From NCBI GenBank assembly GCA_031459625.1, contig JAVKIH010000007.1, positions 1 to 64,000 on the forward strand: DNA of 64,000 nucleotides. Direction: 5' to 3'. A program made the position numbers and the translations under genes. The notes under the pieces were generated by a model. It was not told the DNA's origin. It worked only from the letters and a program-made list of their open reading frames with translations, and made no database searches. Positions 12,151 through 22,866 of this stretch are shown here, piece after piece (position 1 is the first letter of the stretch; every line of letters starts with the position of its first letter). This stretch comes from Candidatus Geohabitans tengchongensis. GTDB taxonomy: Bacteria; Sysuimicrobiota; Sysuimicrobiia; Sysuimicrobiales; Humicultoraceae.

Positions 12151-12816
12151 ATGGCACGGTCACGACCCACAGCGCACCGCGCCCGGAGGGCGGCCGGGCG
12201 GGCCACGGCTCCCGCGCGCCCGGCGGCCCCGCGGGAACGCGCACCCGAGGCGCGGGAGCTCCCCGACGCGGCGTTGAAAGGCGGCGTCCCCGCCGAAGCC
12301 CGCGGCCTGCGCGGGACGCCGCTGTCCGAAGCGCAGGTGCAGGAGGGGCGGGTCAGCCTAGAGCACTGGGACCCGCGCCTGCTCTACCGCTGGGACGCCG
12401 GTGTGGCGGTCAGCCGCTTCCTGGAGGGGCTGCGCGAGGGGCGCATCCTGGGCGTGCGATGCGACCGGTGCCGGCGCACCGTCACCCCGCCGCGGGCGTT
12501 CTGCGAGTGGTGCTTCCGCCCGATGGACGCCTGGGTGGAGCTGCCGGACACCGGCACGGTGAACACCTTCTCCATCTGCACCATCACCTGGGACCTCCGG
12601 CGGCTCGAGGTCCCGCAGGTCCCGGCGGTCATCGAGATCGACGGCACGCAGCCGCGGGTGGGGTTCCTCCACCTGCTCGGGGACCTGGGCAGTACCACGG
12701 TGGAGGGGATCCTGCAGCGGGTGCGGGTGGGGGCGCGGGTGCGCGCGGTGTGGCGGCCGGCGGAGGAGCGCACCGGCGCCATCACCGACATCCGGCACTT
12801 CGCGCTGGTGGAGTAG
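12151..12816 (+). CDS. DUF35 (Zn-ribbon + OB-fold) protein
   Basis: CDRC...PPRAFCEWC, GTVNTF, C-terminal G-x-ITDIRHF. Confidence 0.9.
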   Translation: MARSRPTAHRARRAAGRATAPARPAAPRERAPEARELPDAALKGGVPAEARGLRGTPLSEAQVQEGRVSLEHWDPRLLYRWDAGVAVSRFLEGLREGRILGVRCDRCRRTVTPPRAFCEWCFRPMDAWVELPDTGTVNTFSICTITWDLRRLEVPQVPAVIEIDGTQPRVGFLHLLGDLGSTTVEGILQRVRVGARVRAVWRPAEERTGAITDIRHFALVE

Positions 12817-12840
12817 CGCCGCCCCGCAGCGGGGCGGCGC
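12816..12840. other. Perfect 12-bp inverted repeat between the two DUF35 genes
   Basis: GCGCCGCCCCGC-A-GCGGGGCGGCGC; no U-tract, so more likely an mRNA hairpin than a terminator. Confidence 0.5.
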
Positions 12841-12863
12841 AGCGGGCGGGAGGGACGCGGACC

Positions 12864-13331
12864 ATGGGGCTGAAGACCAAGCTCACCTCCGGGGAGGCGC
12901 TGCGGGCCTGGAGCGGGGCGATCCCCGTGGCCTTTCGCTACACCGCCGGCGTGGCCGGCGAGCGCTTCTTCGACGTGCTGCGCCGCCGCGGGCGCCTGAG
13001 CGTCACCCGCTGCCCCGAGTGCGGCACGACCTACCTCCCCCCGCGCCTGTACTGCCGCCAGTGCTTCGTCGACCTCTCGAGGTACTGGGACGAGGTGCCT
13101 CCGCGCGGCACCGTGCACACCTTCACCGTGGTCCGGCGCGACCGCCGGGGGCGGAGGCTCCCGCAGCCGCAGGTGTTCGGGGTCGTGGCCATCGACGGGA
13201 CCGACGGCTCGCTGCTGGTCCCGCTGGCCGGTCCGCCCGAGGCGGTGCGCATCGGGCAGAGGGTAGAGGCGGTCCTGCGCCCGACCCGCGAGCGCCGCGG
13301 CACCATCCGGGACATCCTCTACTTCCGGTGA
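12864..13331 (+). CDS. DUF35 (Zn-ribbon + OB-fold) protein
   Basis: CPEC...PPRLYCRQC, GTVHTFT, GTIRDILYF. Confidence 0.9.
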   Translation: MGLKTKLTSGEALRAWSGAIPVAFRYTAGVAGERFFDVLRRRGRLSVTRCPECGTTYLPPRLYCRQCFVDLSRYWDEVPPRGTVHTFTVVRRDRRGRRLPQPQVFGVVAIDGTDGSLLVPLAGPPEAVRIGQRVEAVLRPTRERRGTIRDILYFR

Positions 13332-13400
13332 CGCCCGCCGCGGCCGCGCCTCTGCGCAGGGGGTGACGCCGGCGACCGGGGCCTCGACCTCTCACCGCCG

Positions 13401-14228
13401 GTGACCCCGCCGGCCGGCGCGGCCCTGGCCGCCGCAGCGCTGGGTGTCGCCGGCGCCGTCGGCGTCTGGGCCCGGTACCGTCGCTTCCGCGCCGACGTCC
13501 TGGCCCGGCTGCGCACCACCCACCCGGACGTCCGCGTGGTGCGTGCCGTCCCCGGTGGCCTGGTGCTCGACCTCGCCGGCGTGCGAGTGCGCCTCGACCT
13601 GATCTCGCTCTTCCGGCTGACCCGCGGGCGCGGCGCGGAGGCGGCGGTCGATGACACGGTGGACCGCGTCCGCGCCACGCTCCCTCCGCCGCGGCCCGCC
13701 CCCCTCGCCCTGGTGCGCGATCGCCTCCTGCCGCTGCTCAAGCCGGCCGCCGTGGCGGAGACGCTGCGCCGCTACCCGCCGGCGTACCATCCGGTGACGC
13801 GGCCCTTCCCCGCGGGGCTGGTCGTCCTGTACGTGGTGGAGAGCCTCCATCAGGTCACCTACGTCACGGCCGCCATGACCGAAGCCTGGGGGATGGGCGC
13901 CGACGACCTGCACACCCTGGCCCTGGAGAACCTGCGCCGCCGCACCCGGCACGTCCTCGAGGAGATCGGCGGCCCACAGCGGACGTACGACCACCTCGAC
14001 GGGTTCGACGCCGCGCGCCTCCTGGTCCCGGACCTGATCGTCCCCGCGGAGATCGCCCGGCCGGTGATGGCCATCCCCGACGAGCACTGCCTCCTGGTGG
14101 GCGACGACAGCGAGCGCGACGCGCTGCGTGAGCGCGTTGCGGCGGCCTACGCCGGGGCCGATGCCCCGCTCACCCCCGTCCTCTTCCGCCCCGGGGACGC
14201 GCCGGATCGGCCGGTCGTGGTATCTTAG
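13401..14228 (+). CDS. Membrane-anchored hypothetical protein, DUF1444/YtpQ-like
   Basis: N-terminal TM; LVVLYV...WGM...LHTLALENL...DGFDAARLL...AIP pattern. Confidence 0.6.
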   Translation: MTPPAGAALAAAALGVAGAVGVWARYRRFRADVLARLRTTHPDVRVVRAVPGGLVLDLAGVRVRLDLISLFRLTRGRGAEAAVDDTVDRVRATLPPPRPAPLALVRDRLLPLLKPAAVAETLRRYPPAYHPVTRPFPAGLVVLYVVESLHQVTYVTAAMTEAWGMGADDLHTLALENLRRRTRHVLEEIGGPQRTYDHLDGFDAARLLVPDLIVPAEIARPVMAIPDEHCLLVGDDSERDALRERVAAAYAGADAPLTPVLFRPGDAPDRPVVVS

Positions 14229-14341
14229 GAACAGTGCCAAATCCGGCTTCCAGGGCGCTCTGAGCGCCCTCCGGCCACCATCCGAACGCCATGGCACGGT
14301 CAGCAGCCCGGGGGGGCTGACGTCGCTACGGGAGGTGGAGG

Positions 14342-14596
14342 ATGAACGACGCGTGGGGACAGATCATCGGACTCAACGAACTGATGACCAAGGCCGGCCT
14401 CGATCCCCGTAACGAGAGCGATGTGGCGCGCACGCTGAACTGGCTTCGCAACCACAACGTGCCCTACGCGCTCATCGGGCGCGGCGGCGAGGGGCGGCAG
14501 CGCGGGATCCTGGTCGTGGCCGAGGACGTGGCCAACGCCATCCGCGGCGGCCGGCGGCGCCGGACCCGCGCCGGCGGCGAGGCGGCGATGCCCTGA
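14342..14596 (+). CDS. Hypothetical 84-aa protein
   Basis: Strong RBS (GGAGGTGGAGG) before the ATG; protein-like composition; fills the intergenic gap. Confidence 0.7.
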   Translation: MNDAWGQIIGLNELMTKAGLDPRNESDVARTLNWLRNHNVPYALIGRGGEGRQRGILVVAEDVANAIRGGRRRRTRAGGEAAMP

Positions 14597-14635
14597 CCGG
14601 CCTGCCCACCGGCACGCACCCCTGGGCCGACCGGT

Positions 14636-15508
14636 TCATCCTGTCCCGCCGGGTGGCGGCTCGTACTCGTAGAACCCCCGTCCGGTCTTCCGCCCCAGGT
14701 AGCCGGCCAGGACCATCCGCCTGAGCAGCGGCGGCGGCGCGTAGCGGGGGTCCCTGAACTCCTCGTACATGGCCTGGGCGATGTAGTAGGTGGTGTCCAG
14801 CCCGACGAAGTCCAGCAGGGTGAGCGGGCCCATGGGGTGGTTGAGGCCCAGGGTGACCGCGGTGTCGATGTCCTCACGCGAGGCCACCCCCAGCTCCAGC
14901 GCCCGCACCGCGTCCAGCAGGTAGGGCACCAGCAGCCGGTTGACGATGAAGCCGGGGGAGTCCTTCACCACCACCACCCGCTTGCCCAGGGTGGCCGCGA
15001 AGGCCTTCGCCGCCTCCACCGTCGCCTCGGCGGTGCGCAGGCCGCGCACGACCTCCACCAGCGGCATCACCGGCACCGGGTTGAAGAAGTGCATCCCCAC
15101 CACCCGCTCCGGGCGCCCGGTGGCCGCCGCCATCTCGGTGATGGAGAGCGAGGAGGTGTTGGAGGCGAACCAGGTGTGCGGCGGGCAGAGGCGGTCGAGC
15201 TCGCCGAAGACCGCCTTCTTCTCGGCCATCAGCTCGACCACCGCCTCGATGACGAGGTCGCACTCCCGCAGGTCGGCCAGGTCCACCGTGCCGCGGATGC
15301 GTTCCCGGGCGGCCCGGGCGGCGGCCTGGTCGAGCTTGCCGCGTTCCACCGCCCGGCCCAGCGAGGCGTCGATGCGCGCCAGCCCTCGCGCCAGCAGGTC
15401 CGCGGAGACCTCGCGCACCACCACCCGGTACCCCGCCCGGGCGCACGTCTCGGCGATCCCCGAGCCCATCAGGCCGCACCCCACCACCCCGACACGTTCG
15501 ATCGCCAC
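14636..15508 (-). CDS. hbd: 3-hydroxybutyryl/3-hydroxyacyl-CoA dehydrogenase
   Basis: GCGLMGSGIA, ASNTSSL, GMHFFNP, PGFIVNR, HPMGP, LGRKTGRGFY. Confidence 0.93.
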   Translation of the reverse strand: MAIERVGVVGCGLMGSGIAETCARAGYRVVVREVSADLLARGLARIDASLGRAVERGKLDQAAARAARERIRGTVDLADLRECDLVIEAVVELMAEKKAVFGELDRLCPPHTWFASNTSSLSITEMAAATGRPERVVGMHFFNPVPVMPLVEVVRGLRTAEATVEAAKAFAATLGKRVVVVKDSPGFIVNRLLVPYLLDAVRALELGVASREDIDTAVTLGLNHPMGPLTLLDFVGLDTTYYIAQAMYEEFRDPRYAPPPLLRRMVLAGYLGRKTGRGFYEYEPPPGGTG

Positions 15509-15596
15509 GCCGGCCTCCTGTCTCCTCGTCTTTGCACCCGGCCGCGCGATCAGCGCACGATCAGCACGGAGCAGGGCGCCGTCCGCTGCCTGCGCC

Positions 15597-16142
15597 TTAC
15601 TTCTCTCCCGGCTCGGCTTTCCCCCGCTGCGACGCCTCCGCGACCACCTCGACGGTGGCCGAGGTGACGTCGTCTTCGCCCAGCACGTAGACCTGGTCGA
15701 ACCCCTCCTGGGGGATGGTCATCAGCGCCCGCTGCAGCGCCTCCCACTGCCGGCGGATCACCGCCCGCCCCACCCGGCGCTCCCGCCGGGTGTCCAGGGC
15801 ATACGCCCGCTCCTCGCTGACGTCGAAGACCACCAGCACCGCCGGCACCTGGTGGCGGCGGGCCAGGCGCAGGAGGTCGCGGCGGGCCTCCGCACGCAGC
15901 GCGGTGCTGTCCGCCACCGTCAGCCGGCAGTGGCGCAACCGCAGGTCGATGATGAAGTGGAAGAGCTCGAAGGCCTCGCGCGAGACCGAGATGTCCGCCT
16001 CGTCGTCGGCGATCATGGCCCGGCAGGCGTCGGAGGAGACGATCTGGGTGGGGCGGAAGTGGCGGCGGGCGAAGGTGGACTTGCCGCTGCCCGCCGGGCC
16101 GCACAGCACCACCAGCGACGGGTCGGGGATGAGGAGCTTCAC
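15597..16142 (-). CDS. Stand-alone polynucleotide-kinase-like P-loop protein (AAA_33)
   Basis: SLVVLCGPAGSGKSTFARRHF, SSDACR, TVADST; start approximate. Confidence 0.8.
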   Translation of the reverse strand: MKLLIPDPSLVVLCGPAGSGKSTFARRHFRPTQIVSSDACRAMIADDEADISVSREAFELFHFIIDLRLRHCRLTVADSTALRAEARRDLLRLARRHQVPAVLVVFDVSEERAYALDTRRERRVGRAVIRRQWEALQRALMTIPQEGFDQVYVLGEDDVTSATVEVVAEASQRGKAEPGEK

Positions 16143-16197
16143 GACCGGCGCCGCGGCCGGGGACGGCCGGTCCGGAACCGCGGCGGGGGGCAGGGCC

Positions 16198-17517
<1,320 letters not shown>

Positions 17518-17520
17518 CCC

Positions 17521-18525
17521 TCAGGGGCGGGCGGCGTCGCCGGCACCAGGGCGGCACCGCCGCAGGCGGAGGGAGCGGACGCGGTCGGCGACCGGCCGAG
17601 GGGTGCGGCGGAGGAGCGGTCGGCCCACGTACGCGCAGAGCAGGCCGGGCAGGTCCCCCGCCTCCACCAGGTAGCGCTCCGTGTCGGCGACGAAGCGCGC
17701 AAAGGCCGCCTCCGTCTCCGCCCTGGCCGGGCCGCCCTCGAGGGGCTCGATCAGGCGCCAGTGCAGATAGGGGTGCCAGGCCAGGTGCTCCTGCCGGAAG
17801 CGGGACCGGAGCGCCCGGTGCACCCGGGGCCAGGGGTGCAGCCGCATCCTGCCGGCGTACCTCGCCATCCACTCCTGCTGGAGGCGGGCCACCGCCTCAG
17901 CCGGCGAGCCGTCCGGGGGGAAGGGCGGCGGGAGCAGACCGGCCAGCTGCGCCGCCCGCCGCATCTGGTAGAGCCAGGCGGCGCAGCGCCGGTCGAAGCG
18001 GTCGTAGGCGAACTCCAGCGCCACCAGCCGCCCCCCGGGCCGCAGCACCCGCGCGATGGCCCGGAGCGCCGCGTCCAGGTCCGGGACGTGGTGCAGGACG
18101 CGGCAGCAGAGCACGACGTCGAAGGGGGCCTGCACGCGCAGCGCCTCCAGGCGCAGGGCGGCCAGGTCGCCCGCCGCGTAGGTCAGCGGGCCGCGCCGCA
18201 CCGCCTGGGGGTCGGCGGCCGCCGTCCGGCGGGCCACGGCGATGCGCGCGCGGTCCCGGTCGATCCCCACCACGTGGTGGCCGCGGCGCGCCAGCTCCAG
18301 GGCGAACTGCCCCGTCCCGCACCCCGCGTCCAGCACCCGCTGCGGCGGGGCGCCCACCAGCGCGTCCACCAGGCGCCACAGGTCCCCGAAGGTGGGCGCC
18401 ACCAGGTGGGGCGCGCGCCAGGCGGTGCCGGCGAGGTCGGGCCACTGTCGCGGCGCCTGCAGGTCGGCGGTGAAGTCCGGCGGGAAGGGCGTGTGCCCGT
18501 GCCCGGGGTGCGGGCGCGGGCGCAC
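17521..18525 (-). CDS. Class I SAM-dependent methyltransferase; start uncertain
   Basis: VLDAGCGTG, FDVVLC...LHHVPD, RVLRPGG. Confidence 0.8.
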   Translation of the reverse strand: MRPRPHPGHGHTPFPPDFTADLQAPRQWPDLAGTAWRAPHLVAPTFGDLWRLVDALVGAPPQRVLDAGCGTGQFALELARRGHHVVGIDRDRARIAVARRTAAADPQAVRRGPLTYAAGDLAALRLEALRVQAPFDVVLCCRVLHHVPDLDAALRAIARVLRPGGRLVALEFAYDRFDRRCAAWLYQMRRAAQLAGLLPPPFPPDGSPAEAVARLQQEWMARYAGRMRLHPWPRVHRALRSRFRQEHLAWHPYLHWRLIEPLEGGPARAETEAAFARFVADTERYLVEAGDLPGLLCAYVGRPLLRRTPRPVADRVRSLRLRRCRPGAGDAARP

Positions 18526-18569
18526 CGCGGCCCGATGGTCGGCGGCCCGACCGCGCGCGGTCAGGGAGC

Positions 18570-19412
18570 TCAGAGCGGCATCTCCCGCACGATCCGGCGG
18601 ACCAGGCGGATGAACTTCGGCTCCACCTCCCGGGCCACGGCGATGACCTGCTCGTGGGTCACCGGTTCCACCACCTCCCCCGTGGCCATGTCGGTGATGG
18701 CGGTCAGGCCCAGCACCCGCATGCCCATCTGTCGGGCCGCGATGACCTCGGGCACCGTGGACATCCCCACGGCGTCGGCGCCCCACCGGGCCAGCATGCG
18801 CAGTTCCGCCGGCGTCTCGTAGGACGGCCCGGAGACCGCCACGTACACGCCGCGGCGCAGCAGGATCTGCTCCTCCACGGCCGCGCGCTCGGCCAGCTGC
18901 ACCAGCGCCGGGTCGTAGGGTCGGGAGAGGTCGGGGAAGCGCGGGCCGAACGCCTCCTCGTGGGGACCGATGAGCGGGTTCGTGCCCATGGCGTTGATGT
19001 GGTCGGTGATGACCATGAGGTCCCCCGCCGCCCATTGCCGGTTGAGCCCGCCCGCCGCGTTGCTCACCAGCAGCGTGCCGGCGCCGAGCGCGCGCATCAC
19101 CCGGACGGGGAAGATCACCTCGCCCATGGTGTACCCTTCGTAGTAGTGGACGCGCCCCTGCATGGCCACGACGCGCTTCCCCTCCAGCGTCCCCAGCACC
19201 AGGTGGCCGCTGTGGCCGGCCACGGTGCTGCGCGGGAAGTGGGGGATGTCGGCGTAGGGGATGGTGGCCTCGCGCTCGATCACGTCGGCCAGCGCGCCGA
19301 GCCCCGAGCCGAGGATGATGGCCAGGGCGGGCTGTGTGCGGCTGCGGCCGCGCACGCCGCGCACCGCCTCCTCGACGCGCGGCGCCCATGCCGGCCACTC
19401 CCGTGCGCTCAT
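18570..19412 (-). CDS. punA: Purine-nucleoside phosphorylase (trimeric type)
   Basis: [39 protein letters not shown]. Confidence 0.95.
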   Translation of the reverse strand: MSAREWPAWAPRVEEAVRGVRGRSRTQPALAIILGSGLGALADVIEREATIPYADIPHFPRSTVAGHSGHLVLGTLEGKRVVAMQGRVHYYEGYTMGEVIFPVRVMRALGAGTLLVSNAAGGLNRQWAAGDLMVITDHINAMGTNPLIGPHEEAFGPRFPDLSRPYDPALVQLAERAAVEEQILLRRGVYVAVSGPSYETPAELRMLARWGADAVGMSTVPEVIAARQMGMRVLGLTAITDMATGEVVEPVTHEQVIAVAREVEPKFIRLVRRIVREMPL

Positions 19413-20590
19413 CGCCGTCCCTCCTCGCTGAAGGGTTCCCCCGGCCCGTCCCACGGCACGCCCAGGTGGCGGGCGACGGTGGCAGCCACGTCCGCAAACG
19501 TTCGGCGCACGCCGAGATCGGTCCCTGCCGGCAGCCCCGGCCCCACCGCCAGCACCGGCACCAGCTCGCGGGAGTGGTCGGTGGAGGGTGTGGTGGGGTC
19601 GTTGCCGTGGTCGGCCGTCAGGATGAAGAGGTCCCCCGGCCGCAGCGCCGCCAGGACCGGGCCGAGGGCGGCGTCGATGCGCTCCAGCTGCCGGGCGTAC
19701 CCCTCGGGGTCGTTGCGGTGCCCGTAGAGGGTGTCGAGGTCGACGACGTTGGCGACGCAGCAGCCCGCCTCCAGCGAGCGGAGCGCCTCGGCCAGGCGGG
19801 CCAGGCCGTCCAGGTCGTCGTGGGTGGGGACGTGCCGGGTGATGCCGCGCCCGGCGAAGAGGTCCCACACCTTGCCCACCGCCCACACCGGGACCCCGCG
19901 CGCGGCCAGGGCGTCGAGCACCGTGGGCGCCACCGGCGCCAGGGAGAAGTCCCGCCGCCGATCGGTGCGGCGGAAGGCGCCCGGGGTCCCGACGAAGGGG
20001 CGCGCGATCACTCGGCTGACGGTATGCGGCCCCTGCAGGATTCCGCGGGCCACCTCGCACCACCGGTAGAGCGTCTCCACCGGGACGATGTCCTCGTGGG
20101 CGGCGATCTGGAAGACGCTGTCGGCGGAAGTGTAGACGATGGGCGCCCCGGTGCGCAGGTGCTCGGCGCCGAGCTCCTCGATGATGGCCGTGCCGGAGGC
20201 CGGCCGGTTGCCCAGCACCGGACGGCCGATGGCCGCCTCGACGGCGCGGATGACCTCGGCCGGGAAGCCGTCGGGATAGGTGGGGAAGGGGCGCTCCAGG
20301 ATCACCCCCATGAGCTCCCAGTGGCCGGTGGTGGAGTCCTTCCCGGCGGAGCGCTCCTGCAGCCGGCCGAAGGCGGCGGCGGGGTGCGGCACCGGGGCCA
20401 CACCGCGCAGCGGCACGATGCGCCCCAGCCCCAGGCGCTCCAGGTGGGGCAGGCGGAGCGGACCGGCGACCTCGGCAACGTGGGGCAGCGTGGCGCTCCC
20501 CTCGTCCCCGTAGGCGGCGGCGTCCGGCGCCCCGCCCACGCCCGCGCTGTCCAGCACGAGGACCACTGCGCGGCCGGTCGTCGGGACCAT
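19409..20590 (-). CDS. deoB: Phosphopentomutase
   Basis: [47 protein letters not shown]. Confidence 0.96.
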   Translation of the reverse strand: MVPTTGRAVVLVLDSAGVGGAPDAAAYGDEGSATLPHVAEVAGPLRLPHLERLGLGRIVPLRGVAPVPHPAAAFGRLQERSAGKDSTTGHWELMGVILERPFPTYPDGFPAEVIRAVEAAIGRPVLGNRPASGTAIIEELGAEHLRTGAPIVYTSADSVFQIAAHEDIVPVETLYRWCEVARGILQGPHTVSRVIARPFVGTPGAFRRTDRRRDFSLAPVAPTVLDALAARGVPVWAVGKVWDLFAGRGITRHVPTHDDLDGLARLAEALRSLEAGCCVANVVDLDTLYGHRNDPEGYARQLERIDAALGPVLAALRPGDLFILTADHGNDPTTPSTDHSRELVPVLAVGPGLPAGTDLGVRRTFADVAATVARHLGVPWDGPGEPFSEEGRR

Positions 20591-20607
20591 ACCCGCAGGA
20601 CGAGGCC

Positions 20608-21018
20608 TCAGACCCCTAGCCAGTCTGGAGGCGTGCGGGCGCCTGCACGCTGGACCAGTTCCTTGTCCCAGGAGACGAGCGGGGCAGCGAGGACCTCCGC
20701 CGTCGCGACGTAGAGGGCATCCGCTGCCCGCAACAGGCGCTCGGTCCCCACGTCCCGGGCACGCGAAAGTAGCGATGAGTCTACGGGGTGCACCTGCAAC
20801 GTGGGATGGGTGCGCAGGCGCCGGGCGGCTGCACGACCGACCGCCCCGTTCTGTGCCCGCCTGGCCAGGGCACAGGCCACCTCCAGGAGCAGCAGGGCAG
20901 GGGCATGGAGCGCCAGCTGACGCTCCCCGACGATGTGGAGAAACCGGCGGCTCTCCTGGTGGAAGCGGTCGCCCGGATCGAAGGAGGCGACCCAGACACT
21001 GGCGTCAACGGTGAGCAC
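20608..21018 (-). CDS. vapC: PIN-domain toxin, VapC-like
   Basis: N-terminal [25 protein letters not shown]; lower GC than the flanks. Confidence 0.85.
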   Translation of the reverse strand: MLTVDASVWVASFDPGDRFHQESRRFLHIVGERQLALHAPALLLLEVACALARRAQNGAVGRAAARRLRTHPTLQVHPVDSSLLSRARDVGTERLLRAADALYVATAEVLAAPLVSWDKELVQRAGARTPPDWLGV

Positions 21019-21021
21019 GCG

Positions 21022-21282
21022 CTACTCGAGCCGCCGGCGGTCTGCTGCCAACACCTCCGACGCTGTCGGACCGGGAGGCGCGTGGCGTAGCGACTCCTCT
21101 CCCAGGCGGATCCACGCCGCCAGCCACTCCTCGGACGACGTCTGGCGCGGCTCCGGCGGCTCCTCCGCCAACCACCGCTGGTAAAGCTCCATCGTCACGT
21201 CCCGGACGTGCTTACCGAGGAGCGCGCTCTTGGCTTTGACCCTCCGGTACAGTTCCTCGGGGATTTCAATGGTCACCTTCAT
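21022..21282 (-). CDS. Ribbon-helix-helix antitoxin
   Basis: MKVTIEIPEELYRRVKAKSA RHH pattern; immediately upstream of the PIN gene. Confidence 0.82.
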   Translation of the reverse strand: MKVTIEIPEELYRRVKAKSALLGKHVRDVTMELYQRWLAEEPPEPRQTSSEEWLAAWIRLGEESLRHAPPGPTASEVLAADRRRLE

Positions 21283-21285
21283 ACA

Positions 21286-21321
21286 GTAAACCAGTTTACC
21301 AGGTCCCCGTATACCTGTCGA
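21286..21321 (-). promoter_or_regulatory. TA promoter with an overlapping palindromic operator
   Basis: TCGACA-N17-TAAACT; inverted repeat GTAAAC-CA-GTTTAC (21286-21299) covers the -10 box. Confidence 0.65.
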
Positions 21322-21327
21322 ACCAGC

Positions 21328-21894
21328 CTATACGCCCAGCCGTCGTGCCGTCAGCAGCAGCGAGGCCACCGACTTGGCGTCGCGGATCTCCCCGGCTACG
21401 ACCCGCGCCACCGCCTCCGCCAGGGGCAGGCGGACCAGCGTGAGGTCCTCTTCTGCCGTCCCCTGCGGCGTGCCCAGGTGGAGGCCGGTGGCCAGGAAGC
21501 AGTGCAGCACTTCAGTGAGGACGCCAGGGGAGGGGTAGAGCGTCGCCAGCGGCTCGAAGCGCTCAGCCGTGGCCCCCGCCTCCTCGGTCAGCTCGCGGCG
21601 GGCGCAGTCGAGCGGGGACTCGCCCGGCTCCAGCGTCCCGGCGGGGACCTCGAGCAGCGTCGCCCCCACGCTGTAGCGGTACTGGCGCACCAGCAGGACC
21701 TCGCCCTCGGCGGTGAGCGGCACCACCACCGCGGCCCCGGGGTGGTCCACCACTTCGCGCACCGCCGTGCGGCCGTCGGGCAGGCGGACCTCGTCCACGC
21801 GCAGGCCGATCACCCGCCCCTGGAAGACGCGGCGGCTGCGCACCGGGACCTCCGGCGCCGCGGGCCCATCAGGGGCGTCGCCGGCGGGCGGCAT
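21328..21894 (-). CDS. nudF: NUDIX hydrolase, ADP-ribose pyrophosphatase family
   Basis: REVVDHPGA, VRQYRY, NUDIX box PAGTLEPGESPLDCARRELTEEAG, IRDAKS. Confidence 0.9.
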   Translation of the reverse strand: MPPAGDAPDGPAAPEVPVRSRRVFQGRVIGLRVDEVRLPDGRTAVREVVDHPGAAVVVPLTAEGEVLLVRQYRYSVGATLLEVPAGTLEPGESPLDCARRELTEEAGATAERFEPLATLYPSPGVLTEVLHCFLATGLHLGTPQGTAEEDLTLVRLPLAEAVARVVAGEIRDAKSVASLLLTARRLGV

Positions 21895-21895
21895 G

Positions 21896-22804
21896 TCAGG
21901 AGGCCGGGGAGACGGCGGCCTGGGTCGGCTCGGGGTAGATCGGGGTCCCTTCCCGCTGCACCAGCGCGCGGAAGGCCTCCATCAGCTGGCGGGTGATGGG
22001 GCCGGGGCGGCCGTCGCCGATGGGACGGCCGTCCACCTCGACCACCGGCCCCACCTCCGCCCCCGTCCCGGTGAGGAAGGCCTCGTCGGCGGTGTAGAGG
22101 TCGTGGAGCGTGAAGACCCGCTCCAGCGCGGGCAGGCCGGCCTCCCGCGCCAGGTCCAGGACGGCGTCGCGGGTGACGCCCTGGAGGATGCCGAGGTACG
22201 GCGGGGGCGTCCAGATCTCGCCCCGCCGGACGATGAAGATGTTGTCGGCGCTGCACTCGCAGACGTAGCCGTCGTGGGAGAGCATGATGGCTTCGTCCAC
22301 GTCCGCCTGGTTGGCCTCGATGCGCGCCAGGATGTTGTTCAGGTAGTTGAGGGACTTGATGCGCGGGTTCAGCATGTCGGGGCGGATCTTGCGCGTCCGG
22401 GCGGTGACGGCGCGCAGCCCGCGCTCGTAGGCCTGCGGCGGGTAGAGCTGGATGGCGTCGACGATGATGACCACCGTGGCCCCGCGGCACTTGCGCGGGT
22501 CGAGCCCCAGGTCGCCCACGCCGCGCGCGACGATGGGCCGGATGTAGGCGTCCCGGAGGCCGTTGCGGCGCACCGTCTCCAGGATGGCCTCCCGCATCGC
22601 CTCCCGGCTGAGCGGGATCTCCAGCAGCAGGGCGCGGGCGGAGTCGTAGAGGCGGTCGAGGTGCTGCTCCAGCCGGAAGATCCGGCCCTGGTAGGCGCGG
22701 ATCCCCTCGAAGACGCCGTCCCCGTAGAGGAAGCCGTGGTCGAAGACGGAGATGCGCGCCTCCTCCCGCGGCACGAAGCGTCCGTTCAGGTAGACCTGCT
22801 GCAT
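21896..22804 (-). CDS. ilvE: Branched-chain amino acid aminotransferase (class IV)
   Basis: DHGFLYGDGVFEGIR, KSLNYLNN, ECSADNIF, ILQGVTR, ADEAFLTGT. Confidence 0.95.
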   Translation of the reverse strand: MQQVYLNGRFVPREEARISVFDHGFLYGDGVFEGIRAYQGRIFRLEQHLDRLYDSARALLLEIPLSREAMREAILETVRRNGLRDAYIRPIVARGVGDLGLDPRKCRGATVVIIVDAIQLYPPQAYERGLRAVTARTRKIRPDMLNPRIKSLNYLNNILARIEANQADVDEAIMLSHDGYVCECSADNIFIVRRGEIWTPPPYLGILQGVTRDAVLDLAREAGLPALERVFTLHDLYTADEAFLTGTGAEVGPVVEVDGRPIGDGRPGPITRQLMEAFRALVQREGTPIYPEPTQAAVSPAS

Positions 22805-22866
22805 CGGCGTCACCTCGTTCGTCCCCGGCCGGCCGCCGCAGCCGTCGGCCCCGGGGCGGTGTGGGG

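Noticed and set aside
14229..14341. GTGCCAAATCC resembling part of a SAM-I riboswitch, and TGGCACG resembling a sigma54 -24 box
   Set aside because: The other SAM-I elements are absent and there is no TTGC -12 box at the right spacing
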